19,405 nucleotides of DNA from Candidatus Latescibacter sp. (GTDB taxonomy: Bacteria > Latescibacterota > Latescibacteria > Latescibacterales > Latescibacteraceae), in contig JAUYCD010000248.1 of the NCBI GenBank assembly GCA_030692375.1, positions 1 to 19,405 of the forward strand, in the 5' to 3' direction. Each line of letters opens with the position of its first letter. The first letter of the stretch is position 1. A program made the position numbers and the translations under genes. Shown here one piece after another: positions 17,111 to 19,405 of the stretch. The notes beneath the pieces are model-generated. The model was not told the DNA's origin and made no database searches. It saw nothing but the letters and a program-made list of their open reading frames with translations.

Positions 17111-17896
17111 TCAGGGACGGCGAACCACGCGGAACCCGAAATTGCCGAGCCTGCCGGACGGGGGGTTGACGGCCCGGGCTGCCGACCGGCAGACACTGCC
17201 GCCGCTGTACCAGGCGCCGCCGCGGACAATACGGTTTGAACCAAATAGTGCTCCTGTGGGATTTATAGCATTATTAGCGGAAGTGTAGTCTTCATACCAG
17301 TCATTGCACCACTCCCACGCATTCCCGTGCATGTCGTACAATCCCCATGCGTTCGGTGTTTTCCGGCCTACGGGATGTGACTTATTACTGCTGTTCGAGA
17401 AATACCACCCCGCGCGGGCAAGGTCGCTCTCGGTATCTCCCGTGTAATAATTCGTCGTTGTTCCCCCCCTGCATGCATACTCCCACTCAGCCTCTGTCGG
17501 TAGACGGAACCCGCTCTTCGTGAAATCGCAATCCCCGGTACCCTCGTTGTAGCACGGCTGCAATCCGGCTTTTGCGTTCAATGCATTACAGTACTTGATC
17601 GCTTCCCACCAACTCACCTTCTCCATAGGCAGATTATCATTCGATAATCCCTTGAAATACGGCATATTCGATCGAATGACAGTTTTGAATTGCCCCTGAG
17701 TGATCTCGTACGCGCTCATAGAAAATGCCGAAAGAGTGACCGTGTGGACAGGCTCGGCAATTCCCGTTTTCCCCATCGAAAAACTCCCGGCGGGGATCGA
17801 AACCATCTTGACTTCCGGTCCACGAGAGCTGCAGGATGGAAAGAGGAGAACAATGAGACTTACTGGCAGGATAAGGATCAGCGCGGTTCTTTTCAT
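17111..17896 (-). CDS. Formylglycine-generating-enzyme (FGE-sulfatase / SUMF1 / EgtB / PvdO) family protein, probable lipoprotein
   Basis: Motifs RLPTEAEWEYACRGG, GLYDMHGNAWEWCNDWY and RIVRGGAWYS. The start was chosen at the ATG at 17896 (MKRTALILILPVSLIVLLFPSCSS, a signal peptide with Cys after the h-region). The track ORF extends to a TTG at 17953, which lies inside an inverted repeat. Confidence 0.85.
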   Translation of the reverse strand: MKRTALILILPVSLIVLLFPSCSSRGPEVKMVSIPAGSFSMGKTGIAEPVHTVTLSAFSMSAYEITQGQFKTVIRSNMPYFKGLSNDNLPMEKVSWWEAIKYCNALNAKAGLQPCYNEGTGDCDFTKSGFRLPTEAEWEYACRGGTTTNYYTGDTESDLARAGWYFSNSSNKSHPVGRKTPNAWGLYDMHGNAWEWCNDWYEDYTSANNAINPTGALFGSNRIVRGGAWYSGGSVCRSAARAVNPPSGRLGNFGFRVVRRP

Positions 17897-17939
17897 GGCG
17901 AAGCCTCTGCAAGTGGGAATTATCAATGCAATTGGAATG

Positions 17940-18141
17940 TGAGCCAATTGCAAAAGTCGAGATTATTTTACGCAGCCCCCTTCCTGTCCTTTGGACATCC
18001 TTCCCCCTGAAGGGGGCAGAAAAAGACTGTGGAGCAACGACTTCCCTTGCCCCACATCGGGGGGAAAGGGACTGAGGTTTAGGGGGCTAAAATTAACACT
18101 TTGCCTTTTTTAGTATAAAAACGACTTTTGCAATTGGCTCA
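17940..18141. repeat. Perfect 20-bp inverted repeats, TGAGCCAATTGCAAAAGTCG (17940-17959) and CGACTTTTGCAATTGGCTCA (18122-18141), bracketing a 162-bp non-coding segment rich in C5/G5 hairpins. MITE-like or a paired operator.
   Basis: Read directly. A further GCAATTGG/CCAATTGC 9-bp stem lies at 17927-17935 and 17944-17952. Internal hairpins are at 18004-18017 (CCCCCtgaaGGGGG) and 18050-18062. Confidence 0.5.
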
Positions 18142-18235
18142 TGTAATATTTATAATCATTCCAGACTCCCGATATGAAGCTCCCCCTCGCCCGCGATTAT
18201 CGTGGGAGAGGGGGAATGGGGGTGAGGGGACTTCA

Positions 18236-19171
18236 TCACTCCCGGTTCTTTTTCTTCTCTTCCTCTCCGTACAGTTTTTCCATAATCGCTTTATCGCGGG
18301 CCATTTCCTTCTGAAGGGCTGCAATCCCGACGTAAGTACCGAGCTGCATGGATTCCACCGCGGTGCTGGGAACGATCACCAGGGTGGCGTTGTGTTTCAG
18401 CCCTTCGTAGAGCATGTTCATGGCGCGGAGGTGCAGGGCGGTGGGATTCTCTATGTAGACGCGGGAAGCCTGATCGAATTTCTCGGCGATCTGGCGTTCC
18501 GAATCGCCGAGGATGACCCGCGCCTGGCGCTCACGCTCGGCTTGTGCCTGCATGGACATGGCATCCTGGAGGCTGGTGGGGATGAGAACATCGCGAATTT
18601 CCACCGAAAGCACCTTGATTCCCCATGTCCCGATACGGCTGCCGATAATACGCTGGAGCTCCCCATCGATCTTTTCACGGCCTTCCAGCATCTCGGAGAG
18701 GACTGTTTTTCCGATCACATCGCGGAGTGCGGTCTGGGAAGCCCAGCCGATAGTGCTCTGGTAATCCTCCACTTCGAGCGCGGTTTTTACCGGATCGATC
18801 ACCTGCCAGAAGAGCACGGCATCCACATCCACCGGCACCGTGTCCTTGGTAAGGGTCTTTTCCGCCTTGAACGATGTGGTGATCACCCGGAGGTCGATCC
18901 AGTATGGCAGGGTGTCGATGATCGGGATGATGAAAAAGAGTCCGGGACCTTCGAGGGCGCTGAATCTCCCCAGTCTCAGTTTGACCGCGCGCTCCCACTG
19001 GTTCGCCACCTTGATGGAGGCGGCCAGGATAAGTCCCACCAGGAAGGCTGCTCCGGCAATCCAGAAATCGACTGCCTTTCCGGTTGTTTTAAAAAGATAG
19101 AACGACACCGCTACACCCGCCCCGAAGATGAGAATGAACAGAAGGGCCGGAAGAGAACTTTGCTGCCTCAT
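18236..19171 (-). CDS. SPFH/band-7 (stomatin/HflC-like) membrane protein, 311 aa
   Basis: ATG at 19171, 6 nt after AAGGAGG. An N-terminal hydrophobic segment is followed by an SPFH core (VKLRLGRF...IDLRVIT...DAVLFWQVIDP...ALRDVIGK) and a C-terminal coiled-coil region with AQAERERQA. Confidence 0.9.
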   Translation of the reverse strand: MRQQSSLPALLFILIFGAGVAVSFYLFKTTGKAVDFWIAGAAFLVGLILAASIKVANQWERAVKLRLGRFSALEGPGLFFIIPIIDTLPYWIDLRVITTSFKAEKTLTKDTVPVDVDAVLFWQVIDPVKTALEVEDYQSTIGWASQTALRDVIGKTVLSEMLEGREKIDGELQRIIGSRIGTWGIKVLSVEIRDVLIPTSLQDAMSMQAQAERERQARVILGDSERQIAEKFDQASRVYIENPTALHLRAMNMLYEGLKHNATLVIVPSTAVESMQLGTYVGIAALQKEMARDKAIMEKLYGEEEKKKNRE

Positions 19172-19238
19172 GGTAAACCTCCTTTACCCATCGAGCGTTA
19201 AAAGCAGGAGAACCACCGAAAATCTAAAGTACCCGAAT

Positions 19239-19294
19239 ATTTTAATGATGAAAACATGATAAGTCAAGCTGAAAGAAGGATTTCTTGACTTATC
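19239..19294. promoter_or_regulatory. 11-bp perfect inverted repeat GATAAGTCAAG-N15-CTTGACTTATC (19258-19294). Each arm supplies a TTGACT -35 box for one of two divergent promoters: the minus-strand band-7 promoter TTGACT-17-TAAAAT and the plus-strand TTGACT-17-TAAATT.
   Basis: Minus strand: TTGACTtatcatgttttcatcatTAAAAT (-35 at + 19262-19267, -10 at 19239-19244). Plus strand: TTGACT at 19285-19290, a 17-nt spacer, then TAAATT at 19308-19313. Confidence 0.45.
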
Positions 19295-19320
19295 TGGGGG
19301 TTCTATATAAATTTTGGGAT

Positions 19321-19403
19321 TGAATATGAATTTTAATATTCATTACCTTTTTTTGGAAAGATCCTCCCGTCACCTTCGGTGACACCCCCCTTGTTAAGGG
19401 GGG
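19321..19403 (+). other. Three consecutive stem-loops downstream of the putative plus-strand promoter. They are tgaatat-N8-atattca (19321-19342), GTCACcttcgGTGAC with a C(UUCG)G tetraloop (19369-19383), and CCCCCCttgttaaGGGGGG (19385-19403). Possible 5' leader or sRNA running off the window.
   Basis: Read directly. No ORF is present on the plus strand here. Confidence 0.3.
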
Positions 19404-19405
19404 TG

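Noticed and set aside
17897-17953. Extended N-terminus of the FGE-family ORF as given in the track (start at TTG 17953, MQLAHIPIALIIPTCRGFA-)
   Set aside because: The extra 19 aa precede a perfectly good ATG followed by a signal peptide, and the extension runs into the inverted repeat. The ATG at 17896 was taken as the start.
17940-18141. Target-site duplication for the element bounded by the inverted repeats
   Set aside because: The flanking bases (…ggaatg | … | tgtaat…) share no direct repeat of 2 or more bp in the correct register, so mobility is unproven. It is kept as a finding but not called a mobile element.
18128-19201. A 357-aa plus-strand ORF starting MQLAHVIFIII
   Set aside because: It is entirely antisense to the SPFH/band-7 gene, which has strong motif and Shine-Dalgarno support. 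Its TTG start lies inside the 20-bp inverted repeat, which explains why it begins with the same MQLAH as the over-extended FGE ORF on the other strand. No Shine-Dalgarno sequence and no motifs.

Overview
19.4-kb high-GC (~58-62%) bacterial chromosomal window with AT-rich intergenic regions and one clearly lower-GC segment. (1) 1-4903, minus strand: a very long ORF that runs off the window edge. It encodes NAD(P)H glutamate synthase with the GltB large-subunit domains fused in frame to a GltD-like small-subunit region. (2) 4904-5371: a 470-bp AT-rich divergent control region carrying a striking triple dyad symmetry. (3) Plus strand: acetate kinase (ackA, TTG start), translationally coupled through a TTGA overlap to a gene for a signal-peptide protein of unknown function. 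A DinB/YfiT-family gene follows. (4) 8564-19171, minus strand: seven consecutive genes, all encoding exported or membrane proteins. They are two 82%-identical tandem paralogs (470/471 aa) with different GC content, a low-GC T9SS C-terminal-sorting-domain protein, a transglutaminase-like secreted protein, an RRR-signal/SIS-like protein, an FGE-sulfatase (SUMF1-family) lipoprotein, and an SPFH/band-7 protein. No rRNA, tRNA, CRISPR array, transposase or integrase gene was found. The most interesting non-coding signals are these. A 21-nt palindromic motif occurs upstream of both ackA and the DinB-family gene. A perfect 20-bp inverted-repeat pair brackets a 162-bp hairpin-rich segment. An 11-bp palindrome carries TTGACT -35 boxes for two divergent promoters. 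Two near-identical GC hairpins form a likely terminator. All functional calls come from motif recognition by eye, without database searches.
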